NCBI GenBank assembly: GCA_002633005.1
Contig: NMRA01000169.1
Coordinates: 716,627 to 776,759, forward strand
Origin: Phoronis australis
Lineage: Eukaryota > Animalia > Phoronida
Length of the DNA: 60,133 nt
Direction of reading: 5' to 3'
The position numbers and the translations under genes are program-made. Positions 1 through 12,624 of the stretch are shown in pieces; positions within the stretch are counted from its first letter, which is position 1, and the number at the start of each line of letters is the position of its first letter. Below the pieces are notes generated by a model. The model was not told the origin of the DNA and searched no databases. It saw only the letters and a program-made list of their open reading frames with translations.

Positions 1-270
1 CAAACGTATAAACTAAGAACTATGAAGGATCCCACTTACCCTATAGAATTGATGAGAACCCCACTAACCTTGTAGGGTTGTTGAGGACTATACTGACCTA
101 ATAAGATTGTACGGACCCTATAAGATTGAAGGGTACCCCACTGACCCTATAGAATTGATTAGAACCCCACTAACCCTGTAAGGTTTTTGAGGACTTCATT
201 GACCTAATAAGACTAATAAGGATTGTACTGACCCTATAAGATTGAAGAGGACCCCACAAGTCCTATAACT
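1..270. repeat. Degenerate minisatellite
   Basis: Recurrent ccccactgaccctatagaattga / gacctaataaga units. Confidence 0.7.
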
Positions 271-1625
271 CTTCCTAACCTTAGATATTAGACACCTGAA
301 ACCTTGCTTTTGACGAATGAAAACAGTTAAATTCCAGTTCTGAACATGTCCACACAGGAACAAGTCCTTAGACCAATTTTAGAGTGTGCAAATTGCACAT
401 TGTTTTAAAGATTAGTATTATGCAAACCAAGGAGGTAGGATTTAAAAATACTGAAGTATGATACCAGTTTCAAAATGAGCTTCAACCACCAATATCTGTG
501 CACTGAAGCAAGTTATGGCATTGTTTTTTAGTATTTCATTATTCATTCACTATTATCTCTGGAATACTATGATGCCAAAGTCATTGATGAAATTGTGAAA
601 ATATCAGTTATGGTATATTGCCTAGGAAACCCTGTTAGTACCAGTACCATCAAACATTCAGTCATACACGGAATGAAATTTCAATTTAATTAAAGGGATT
701 TATTTCTAGCATGATAAACATGTTTGCTATTTTGGCTGTCTTTGAGAAATTGCCTGATTTGTCGTTTTTAAGGGGACTGCAAATCGTCACATTTCTGAAT
801 CAAGGCCTAGATCATTATATTGATTCATGGTTTACTTTTAAAGTTTTTATTTTATCATGCTCTTACCGCAGGCTGCCAAACACTTATCAGTATTCAAAGA
901 ATTGAATGCTTTCTATTACCGAGACCCTTGTCTCCATAGTAACAAGCCATGTGTAGGGTTACCAGGTAATAGTGTCATAATTTTCTGCTTGACTGAGCTT
1001 AATGTTATGCAAAATCTTATTGGTGGTTCTGTGCATTTAACCAAAATTATAGGATTCAAGGCACTTAACGAACATTTATTTTTGATGAAAATACAAAGCC
1101 TGTTTTTGCTTTCTTTCAATCCGCCATTAATTGGATCCCATTAAAATGTATTTTCAATAAAATTAGTAAAAAATGGAAGGTATATTCAAAGCAAAACAAT
1201 GGTATCAATAAAATGGATAAAGTTCTTTTATAAGTGTTGATTAAAAGATGAAATCTCAAAAACACTCTTGTTGATTTTTGTAAATTTTTGCTTCATTTTT
1301 ATATTATGCAAATTTTGTTTTTCATCAAAGTGTTAAAGTCCTATTTTGTTAGTACCTCATGTAAAAGTTGAACATTTTAAAACTGAAAACAATTCCTGAC
1401 AGCACTTTAGAGTTCAGTACATAAACTATGATATCGGAAAGTTTCATTTCGAAGTTAGTGAGATTTAGAATTTTTGTAGGATCTCATTGATTTAACGAAC
1501 TTTAAATTTCTTTTTGAAGTTTGAGGTGCTTGTGACAGTTCCTTCATCAAGGGTGGATCAATGAAGCTTGTTACTTGACTGATGACCTGATACATTGCTA
1601 GACACCTTCTGGCTTGTACATTGCC

Positions 1626-1745
1626 ATGGCGATGCACGCCAGTTTAGTGGATGAGTTTGAGAGGAAGCCGTCGATACATAGTCAGAGTGTTCACAGCTTG
1701 ACTGAGAATAGTGAAGCTATTAATGAGACTGAGGAAATAAATGAG
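1626..1745 (+). CDS. TTC28-like exon 1 (start codon)
   Basis: gccATGg Kozak context, MAMHASLVDEFERKP...EINE, donor GAG|gtaag, phase 0; upstream acceptor ends at 1479. Confidence 0.65.
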
Positions 1746-4700
1746 GTAAGTTGGTGGTTGCAAGCCATGTAATTGGGTCTAGACCTCCATTGTTTCTGTT
1801 TCTGTTTCTGTTTCTGTGGTGACGTCAGAGTGTAGGCACCGGGATAGTCTTTGGCCCTCCTCCTTCCAGTATCACACGCAATGTAAATTTAGAGGTGCAA
1901 CCAAGTTCGTGCTGGTTACACACTCTTCGATCTTTTCCCCTGCTGATACGAAATTTTGGTGCATCTCCGTATTGCCACCCTCGCTCTATGAGGTGCTTTG
2001 TTACCCATCTCTCCTGCTGTTGTACAATCTCGGCATCTGTAAGCGATTCACGCACTCTGGAGTTTACATCTGCTGGTGTGAGGAGCATGTCAGGAATCGG
2101 TTCTGCGATGCCTGCAAGCTCATACGCCTTGACGTTGAATGAGATGCCACAGTGTCCTGGTATATAAACACTGGTGAAGAGACCATTAATAGAGATGAAC
2201 AGAGGGATCCAGGAATCTTTCACATGTCTAGGTTTTAGCCTGATAATGAGGCTGAGGGAGTAGAAATAGCTCTAAAAGACGAGTATTTTCCAACCCGTGC
2301 TTTTGACCATTCGAAGAGGCGTTGACCCTCACGAGTCCAAACAACAACAGCCCAAGCCATAGTGTCATCCCTTAGTGAGCCGTCTGTTGCGACAATGATC
2401 GTGGGAGATTGTTCTTCAACCCATTCCGATACAGTTGCTTGGTTAATACAGTCAGCTCTTTCCCGCCAATGACGGCCTCCAATCTCCATGGTGTTGATGA
2501 CAAAGTTTGTGGCTTTGGACCACTCTATGCTCTTGATGTTCTCCACTGGACATAACTCTTTGACAAGCTCCCTAGCTCCGATAACCCATGTTATGATAGC
2601 TTTTCACCAATACGGCAGACTTGTGAAATGTTATTTTGTCAAATTTCCAGCAAACAAATAATAATCAAGAGATTTTAGTCCATGGAAATGCATGGAACGA
2701 CATTTACGGTAGTGAAATTGACATTTTTTTGCAAAAAGGTAATCAAGACCTTTAAAAACAGAAGAAAATGACAATTTTTGCAGTTATTTTTGTGAATAGT
2801 TATCGTACTTATGTGGCGTTGATATGAATTTTAGTAAAAATTCTCCATATTGGCACAGTCTTTGGGATGCGGAAACTCACACAAAATTGAATTTTCTTTA
2901 TTCTTGAACTTGGGACAAGGGCAAATTTTGCTTTCTTTCCTGTCATTCTTGAATTTGGGACAGCCAATATTTCTTCCAACCTTGAGCAAATTACTAAAAT
3001 TTTCACTGTCCCATATTGGAGAATTTTTACTGTGATTTTCTCTGAGAACACAATTTCTTTCTCTTTGCCTGTACATTTAAAGCCACTTCCAGTTAAAGTC
3101 GCCTCTATAGTTTTGCTGTGAAGTATATTTTTCCTCCTGTGATGACCAATAAAGAAACTCATTTTAGGTCAAGGTCTTGCGTTACCAAGGTGACCAGGCA
3201 TTTGACCTACAGGACTATACTAGTGCCATTCAATTCTACACGGAGGCGCTTCAGATTGACGAAAGAAATGTAGAGATCATCGGATGTCGAGCGGCGGCGT
3301 ACGTGGAGCAGAGCAAGTATGTAGAAGCACACAAGGACGCCAGCCTAATGTTAAGCATCGATGACAATTACCCGCAGGTAAGCCACCTGGGCCTGTTTGC
3401 CTGTCTTATATTTGTGTGACCATCACACATTTGTCTTTGTGAATAAAGTGCAAAACAAACACGTTTCAAAGAATCCAGTCAACGTGTTGTCAATCACCGG
3501 TGTGATGTAACACGACTCTTTTCATCACTAAGACAAGTTTTGATTTAAACCGTTATTATAAAATTGGTCTCAAATTGTTCTTCATTCAAAAGTGATGTGA
3601 TTTCTGGGCTCTGAGAGAGCGGAAGATACGTTATTGCAAAATGTTAGATGTTGGCATGTATTGGAGTAAAACTGCTAAAGAGTCAATAAGACTGGCTCAT
3701 GTCATAGTACGTCATTCATAGTATTGTGAAGTAGCACACTAATACACAAAATATGCCTAAAATTTCTTCACAATCTCACCAAGCAGAGCAGAAATCATAC
3801 TTTGAAAAGTGAAGCATTTGAAAAGTTATACTACTGAGCACTAGTAAGACCAGGGACCTGTTTCCGCAAATTGACTTAGGTCAGAAATCTGGTCTTATGC
3901 TATTAGAAAACTAGTTTTGAAAAATAATTAAAATTCACTTTCAGCAAAAGCACAGAGTACCTGAGAATATTTTCATAATTGCCAGTCTCTGCGATAATTT
4001 TGTGAGTTATTTCAAGACTGTGATGTGTTCATGAGTACTTGGCTAAACTTTTTCCTGGAATTGTGAAATGGGAGCGTAAGACCAAATTTCTGTCTAAAGT
4101 GACTTCACAAAACAGGCCCCAGAAGTTCTATTCTCTTTCTGACTTCATGGTATTCTTGTGATGATGCCTCTAGATTGCTGTGTGTGAGTTGATGCAACAT
4201 TTCACATTGTGTTTTAGGGCCATTACTTGATGGGGGTTACACTTAACAGCCTTGGCCAACAGCAGGAGGCAATACAGTCATTTCTGTCTGCGCTGTCCCT
4301 TGATCGAGCGCAGGAAGTCATGTTTGCCAACAGCGTTGTGGGAGTTGTGGGCAGTATGGGTAAACTGAAGAAGTCAACAATTAAAAAACTGTACAGTAAG
4401 TTTTCAACAGACACTATATATTGTTTGTACACTATAGTTATTATAAGCAGTTGTTACACTATAGTTATTATAAGCAGTTGTTCATGCGTTCACTGCTGAG
4501 GTATAATTGTTGACTATAATTTTAACTAATAGGGAAGTCTCACCAATCTAGGACACGTTGGATTTGAATAAATATGAAAAGGGACGTGAAATACAACCCA
4601 ATGTTCTAATAAACACTATACATGACCAGGTATGAGCATAGTGCACATTTAAGCATCATACATACATAAAGACAGCAGACAAGTGATGCATATGCAGTAA

Positions 4701-7700
4701 CAACATGGTTAATAACATTTTGTGTGACAATCATCAGCTGCTGTTCAACTTAAAATAGTCACTGACATTGAGTGTGTCATGTGAAGAAAAAAAATTAAGC
4801 TAAAACGCCTTAACATTTAGACAATGTTTTAGCTAAAATGTATTGAATTGATTATAGTGTGTGTGTGTGTGAATCCAGCATAAATTATTGAACATCTACT
4901 TTTCTGCTCTAACAATTGTACTCAGTGATCGAGGTACACATCAGCGCAGTGTTCTATCCCAACCCTTGTACGTATCAAGTTCATACCATTTGACTTGAGA
5001 GCAATATGGTGCATTTAATAAAACGGGTGAAAAGTGACACGTCACGGTACTGGGGTGATTCAGCCATCTTGGATCTAATGCTTCTTACTTCTATTAAGGG
5101 AAATTACATTGCATCAAAAGTTGTAACTAGAAATCAACAGTTAGACTTGGGAAACATGTGGTTAATATGTTAACCTGAATGGCTTGCAGATGGTGCTGTA
5201 GGAGCTTCAGACTTTAAAAAGTTGATTTTGTTGAATTTTGCTAGTTTGAGCAATAGGTTAATGTACGCGAATAAAACATAACAATATTGTTTGTCTCCAG
5301 TTTGGAGAAGTTGCTAGGGGTGCGACAAAATCGCTGTCTCTCCCTAAAGGACTTTCTGCCTTTAAATCAGCTTTATATCTGACTTTAAGTTCAGTTACGG
5401 CAAAAAATCACTAGTCAATGTTCTTAAGATCCTATTTTAGTGCCTTTGATTTGTAATTGTTTCCACAGTTATTTGTGTTATTTTTCAAAAATGTCAAACC
5501 TTTGTGTAACAGATTATTATAGGATAACTCACATCAACCTGTTGTCCTTACTTTTACAATATTGTAAGGAAATGTATTTTCAGGTAATTTTATTTTGATT
5601 TTTACATTTTCAACCCCACGGACCAAATACTATGAAATGGACCAGTGACAGTGTTACATGTCATTTTACAAAATGTATTTTAAACAACATTAAAAAAGTT
5701 GAGAAGAAAAGCTGAATTTTACTTGTTTTGTATTTGCATAATATTTATGTATGCTTTTTTGCTCCAAAAGCTTAGATTATTTTCTCAAAAGTGTATCTTG
5801 AATTGGGATTTTCTTTGTCTGTATTTCCTAGACATGGACCCATACAAGAAACTAACCGAGGCTGGCGTATACCTGTATCAGGTAAAACGTTATGAGCTTG
5901 CCGTGAAGGTCCTGAAGGGGGCGTTGGAACTGGAGACCAACCAGAAAGGAATCACCATGAAACTGCAACTCACAATGGCCAACTCGCACACGGCTCTGCG
6001 CCAGTACGATTCTGCCATTACGCTGTTCCAAGACTGTCTGGCCAATGCAGTCGCAGCTCATGACTATCAATACCAGACTAAGGCTCTCGTCAGCATCGCC
6101 AGCTTATTTTTGGATAGTGGTAACACATATCAAGCTATTGTTTATTATGAGAAACTGATGCAGCTGAAGGTAGAACTCGAAGGTGGGAAGGACAGAAAGG
6201 AGGCGTTACCTGATTATTGGACCCTGGAGCTCCAGTGTGGCTTGCATTTAAATCTCAGCATTGCGTACAAGACAATTGGTAACATGAGAGAGGCTGAGAA
6301 ACATGCTCGTTGTTATCTGGACATGGTTGTCGATGGCGACAGTGCCGTTGAGAAGGCGGAGTCATGCTGCAATGTGGGATTGTTGAATGAGATTATTGGC
6401 AAGTATGAAACGGCTCTAGAGTTTCTGCTTAAGTATCGTGAGATTAGTAAAGCGAACGGCTTAAAGACCCATTTGGCGCAGTCCTATGGATGTTTAGGGA
6501 GTGTGTATGGACACTTGCACAACTGGAAACTAGCCATGACTTATCATGAACAGCATATAAACATGATGCAGAAATTGTCGAACTCGAAACTTCTCGCTGT
6601 TGCGTATGAACAACAGGGAGACACGTTTATGCTCAAGAAAGATTTTGAGTCAGCCATTAAAAGCTTCCAGCTGGCAGTGCCTCTTCTACGTAAGGAGGGT
6701 GCTAAGAGGGCTAATGCTCTGTGCAAACTGGGAACGGCATACATGAATGCCAGTCGTCAGCAGTATGCGCTGTATCACTTTGAACAGGCGGCCATGATTG
6801 CTGAAGACCTGGACTTGAAGGCTGTCCTGGAAATGTGTGAATTCAACCTGGCCACCATTTTGCAGACTTCAACACAGTTACTGGAACTAGAGAAGTCATT
6901 GAAGTACTTCCAGCGACTCATTCCTATATTGGAACAGCGTGCAGTCGATCTACTGGAGGAAAACGCATTTTTTCCAAGGGACTTGGAGAGACGATTGCAG
7001 GGATGCTATGTTGGGATACAGTCAGTGTTGTCGAAGCTGGGAAATAAAGAAGAGTGTCTTCAGTATGCGGAGTGTTCGCATAAACACTGCTTAGCACGGT
7101 TCAGAACTCTTCAAGAATTTAATGCAAACTGGACCAAGTCATCGCGCGGCGTGCTTACGTGGTGGCAACTGGACCGAATTAATTATGCAGTGAATTCTCA
7201 AGCAGCCACGGTATTGTATTACTCCGTTTTGCCACACGAGGTCCTCATCTGGGCCCTAAAGCCGGGTGCAGCAATGAGATTCTATGTGGGAAAGGCACCA
7301 TCAGGTTGCACAATGAATGAGCACTTGGTAAACTTATGTGAGCAGCTGGCCACGTCAACAGTCAATAAGTTCAGTTATCAGTCTGAGAATCGTGCACTTC
7401 CTCGCAGAAATGTTCACCTAGAAATACTTCAGGCGCACAATGCCGCAAAATCGTTTGTCAAAAAAATTGAGGACTCTATGAAGACAGAAAGTGGGGAAGT
7501 GCCGCAGAAACAGACCTCGGATGTTTCTATTGAGAAGTCTTCTTCTTCGCAAATTGTAGACAAAAATAAGTCGGTTCAAAAAGTGCTGTACAACTTACTT
7601 GTGTCTCCCATGGAAGATGTGCTTTCTGACCTTGCCCAGGGGAGCCCCCTGGTGATCATTCCTGACAAGGAGTTGTTCGGTCTACCGTTTGGCCTGCTGC

Positions 7701-10700
7701 GGGACTGGAAAGGGCAGCTTATAAAGGACCGCTTTCGGGTGACAATCGTGCCAAGTTTGTATGTTCTAGAAAAGCTAGCCAAACATGAGTTGGACCAGTT
7801 ACGTGTCATCGATGATTTAGAATATGAAAGAGCACAGACGAGGTTGGGTGGGCTGACACGAATGCTGGGTCATCATAGCCGAATGAAAGCACCCCACGAT
7901 TTGTCCAGTTATCAGATGACACTTTCTGAAAAGTCAAACTCGTCAGTTGGAGAGGTGATCAATCCAAGACAAATATCTAATCCCCGCTTTTACAAGTCTG
8001 GTCGAATGTCCAACATGGCACGGGTGAAACCTCCATTCATGCCTGAAGGAACATTCGTGTCATTAACGTCCAAGATGAATAATAAGTCGAGACAGACAAC
8101 GCAGGCTTCAATTGCACTTCCTCCGACACCATCCGATGTAAAACGGTTTGCCCAAAGTTGGCCTGTTCCGCCACCTACTGGCCAGTCGGGGCCGTGCATG
8201 GAACGTCTGCTCGGTGCTGAGAATATGTCGACGATCGTGACAAAAACTGCCACAGATACAGACATAGTCTCCAGTACTAGTGGTGTGACAGAGTATAAAC
8301 AGATACCAGATCCTGACAGAGTGATTGTATTTGGCAATCCAAAGTTATGTGAAAGGTAATGCAGCCCTGTGCTAGTCACAGGTCATGAATCACCCTATCA
8401 ACACACTGAATGATCAGACGACTTTGTTTATGAAAGTTGATTCAGTCATATTCCCTTATGCATGGAAAATGACTCGGTGAACTTTCTCGAAACAATGGTA
8501 ACTGTGATGCCATGAGATTCCAAACATCTCTGTACCATCAAGACTGTGCTTCCTGTGCTGTTCAGTGTGTAGTTACTTTTTATTCACCAGATGGCAACAT
8601 GTGTCTTGTTTTCACAAAGAGTTATTCAGTCATACTGCTCATAGAAAACAAAAAAAGAAGTAAAAGTGAACTGGAATGATTAAAAAAACTTAATTTGATA
8701 TTATCTGCATTCCCAGTCACTTACATTTGCCCTTGGCCACTGTAATATTTTAGTCTTTTGCGAGTAGAAGAACCGTTAAGGGGTCTTTTGAATGTTGAAA
8801 AATTGGAATTGGCAATTTTTTGAAAATAGATTTTTCTCAATTTTGTAATTTTCAAACATTTCTGTTTTTAGTAAATTGAAACGTGGCCAGCATTTGACAG
8901 TTTTCTGGTGGTATTTGTGATACTTACGTATCGTTATTAAATTCAAAATTTTGGTGCTGTGAATTTGCTAAAGATTACGCCCTCAGTACCTTAAGTTAAA
9001 GACCAATTAACTTTTATATCAGCATTAAAATTATTTTAAAAGCTAAAACACTTGTGGTTTCTAGAAGTAATGGAGAGTCTATAAATTTCTGTCGACATTT
9101 GTCTTAAGCATTAGTGTCCTTATCAACTGCAGCATGATGATGTTTGGAAAAGAATGGAAGCCGCCATCGGATTTGGTCTTTGCTCAGAAGGAAGCGTTCA
9201 AAGTTGCTGAGATAGCGGACGCAAGAGTCGTGGTTGGAAATGAGGCTACCAAGGAAGTGTTTCTGAAGGAGATACAGACAGCCTCTATCATACATGTTGG
9301 TAAGGGGTCTTTAAGCATCTTTTTTCTTCCTCCAGGGATCCAAAGCTTAAAAGTTTGTTTTGTTAAAAGCAGCTGCTGTAAACCTATTTTCCATCACAAA
9401 AACAACTTTTGGTTTAGACCACTTCCGATTCTGAAGTAGGGCTGTCCCGGATTACACGGTAGATAAGAAAGTGCATGACCTTCTTTTGGAAATCAGGCAC
9501 ATTGTCCTGATGTTGGGAAGGTGATTCAGAAGAATTTCAGATCACGCATCTACGGGTATTTGTCCGGTTTATAAAATTTGTTCGCATCGGAGTTGCAGTC
9601 CACAGCACAGCAGCAATACTTCGTCGGAATTGGAAGGACGAATAGAGTAATACTACTGAAAAAAAATTATAAAGAATCTGACAATTACAACAAATAACAT
9701 GAGAAACTTCAGAGGCAAAAAAACGAGGCGGCAAATGTGCCTGACGGATGCATTGTGGGTAAATACAGCGATATTCGAGTGTCGCTGTGTTATTCGGGAT
9801 GGCAATATTAGTCTCATATTTTTCCCTTGTCAAAACGGATGTGATTCTTGGCTTACGGACTGTCAGTGTATCATTGCTTGAAACCAGTGTACAAATTGAT
9901 TTGTCGCATTTTGTTTGCCGAACATTGTCTTGAGGAATAATGAAGTGTCAGTTATTGGCAAGTCCAAAAATCAGTTCTCATCTTAACAAAGAACGATTTG
10001 AAATCAATTTTATAGGAGAAAGTGGTGTAAATCAAGAATTAGTTTCTTTGGTTTCATAACCACTTCAAATTGCTGGACCAGAGTTTGCCAAATATGGGGG
10101 TTAAGAACAGGAAACCCCTAGTCACATGTCCTTGCATTTTCTCAGTATAATCGCAAAAAAATTAAATCGGAATTACAGAAAAATCTGAAACATTGCCAGT
10201 TACCTCAACGTTTTTGAGGATAATTTAAATACTTTGTGGAAACAAGATAAACATGTTTCTATGTGACCAGTCAGTCCCGCCGCTAATGTTTTACATCAAC
10301 CCATCAAAGGAGACGAGAGGCCATCAATGTACAAGGAATATAGGCAAATATTCAGTCCAGTAGACAAGTACTCAATATCTTTGTGAAAACTCATAAAATC
10401 TTGTCTAGTTTCAACTGCAAGCAATCCAAAGCCCGTCAAAAGAGGTAAAAACAAGGACTGCATTTCACAAGAGTATGCTTGTGTCCTCACTAGCAAGCCC
10501 TAGAAAAGTGATGGCCACAGACATAATCGGTCATTGAGGTCGCAGTATTGAATTATGGGATAGAATTGGTTTTGTCTGTTAAGTGGAGATTTCTCCTGAC
10601 AAGTGCTTTGTAAGTGTCTTGCTTCTATAGAATGCAGCCGAGAGTCTGTTTCATGAAAAGTGACTTAAACTTAAGACAGAGATTTGGTCTGATGCTCCCC

Positions 10701-12592
10701 ATAACTATTTCTGAAAAATAATTAAATCTTACTTGAGCTAAACAGCAAAGTCTCTGAGGATATTCACGTAACTGTTAGGTAGATTTCTATAAGTATTTTA
10801 GGTAGATTTCTATAAGTATTTTTCCAGAGCATAATGGGCTCATAATTCTTTGGCTGATGCTTTATCTAGCAATTATGAAGTGGGATTCTCTGATCAAATG
10901 TTTGTCCTACGTCTTAAGTCACATTCAACGGACCTTAGAAATGAATTCTCAAAATGTGATTTGATGAAGTTTTATCAATGGTTTTTATTCTCAGCATGCT
11001 ATGCTAACCTAGAAGAAGGCTACATTGCTCTCTCTCCGAATAAAGTGCGCCAAGAGGATGGACCTCCTGTAGAGTCATCGTATATTGTGACGATCGATGA
11101 CATATTGCCTTTGAAGCTGTCAGCCAAGCTTGTGGTGTTGAGCTGTGGCTGGAGTACCTACAATGCACGGCAGCTTGATCAAGGTTCCCTCCTACCAAGT
11201 GCTTTTCTCATCGCAGGTTTGTTTATGTTGAGTTAAAAATTTGAATCAAATCAGTTTATTTCTGCAATAAAGGCCGTAGTTCAATTGTACAAAACTCAAT
11301 GTTATAATTCCTTACCTGTGTGACAAATTCTCACATTGTTAAAAGGTAAAGAGTGTATACTTTATGAAAACAAGTTGGGCATTATCTTTTGCTGATCTCA
11401 GCTTAATAAACTGAACAGACAGACAAGTATTTCTGTGGCTCAACACTTAATCTGAAAGTTCCAAGTACTGGGAAATTTGTGTTAATTTGTCATGTTCTGC
11501 ATTTTGATATTTGATTTATCTTACTCAGTAACATATATGTATTCCTTTAGCAGCCCTTCTCTTAGGAAATTGACTATTCGAAATTTTGAGAATGATGAAC
11601 TTAAGCCTGTTCGAAGTCTTCATTGTGTCATTTCTAACAAGATTAACGTTTTTGTCAAAGTTGCCTGCTTTCCATGACCATTCCTGTGTATCTCAGGGGC
11701 CGTGAGTGTGCTGACCGTCTTGTGGACGACGCCCAACTCAGTTGTGGACAAGTTCTTCACTCATTTCTATCTGGCTTTGAGGAACAATGTTCATGTGACG
11801 CACGCAGTCAACGAGGCGCAAACGATTTTGCAGGAAGACGAGAGGTGAGATTGAAGGGGCAGTGCACTACAGCCCCTAACTTTTGTCTAACTGTTGATTT
11901 CTGCATGTCTGGTGGATGGATGGGAGATATTCGAATGACTGAGTAATAACTCCAGATGGCTGATGTATGACTGTCTGCTCCTTGCCGTCTGCCAGACTCC
12001 TGGATGGTGTCTTTTTTGACAAAATATTCTTGAACTGTTTTGTATCTGTTAAAGAGACAACAAACCCACACCTTAATCATTCGAAAACCAACTTTTCATT
12101 TTAAACCACGTCCTGTAGTTGTCAAATCTGTCCCTCTTGTTTCTTGATTAGAGATGGGTTTCTAGGCTTGAGAAGAACTTGTCGGCCATTATTGATTCAG
12201 ATCAGATCCATTACGTTGCTTGTCATGGCGAGTTCATTTCAATCCACATGACCGTATGCCTGTCAAAGGAACTCCACCTAAGTGATTCATTGAAACTAAT
12301 TTGAATTCAAACAAATGACAAGAACTTTACTTTGGAGGAGTGAATATATCTGTGCAGAAAGCTCATCATTTTAACACCAGAATGTGGCTCACAACTGGTT
12401 TAAATGCTTATGCAGTGTTGAGTTTGTAATTGTTAACACGTCATAAAGTAAGCATTGTTGAAGGGTTTGGGTTTTATGCAGCAAGGTTGAAGCCAGTATG
12501 TTGACTGTTGTGCATATGAGTGTCTGACAATGACTTGGATAATGTTATTGCAAAGGTGCTGCCAGTCACTGAATCTGAGAAGGTATAGTGTG

Positions 12593-12624
<32 letters not shown>

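Noticed and set aside
4427-4481. 27-bp tandem duplication (and a 23-bp one at 10777-10822)
   Set aside because: Ordinary intronic slippage duplications that do not touch splice sites.
5699-5831. Hydrophobic N-terminus of the 886-aa ORF as a signal or transmembrane segment
   Set aside because: It is the T-rich intron tract upstream of the acceptor at 5831.
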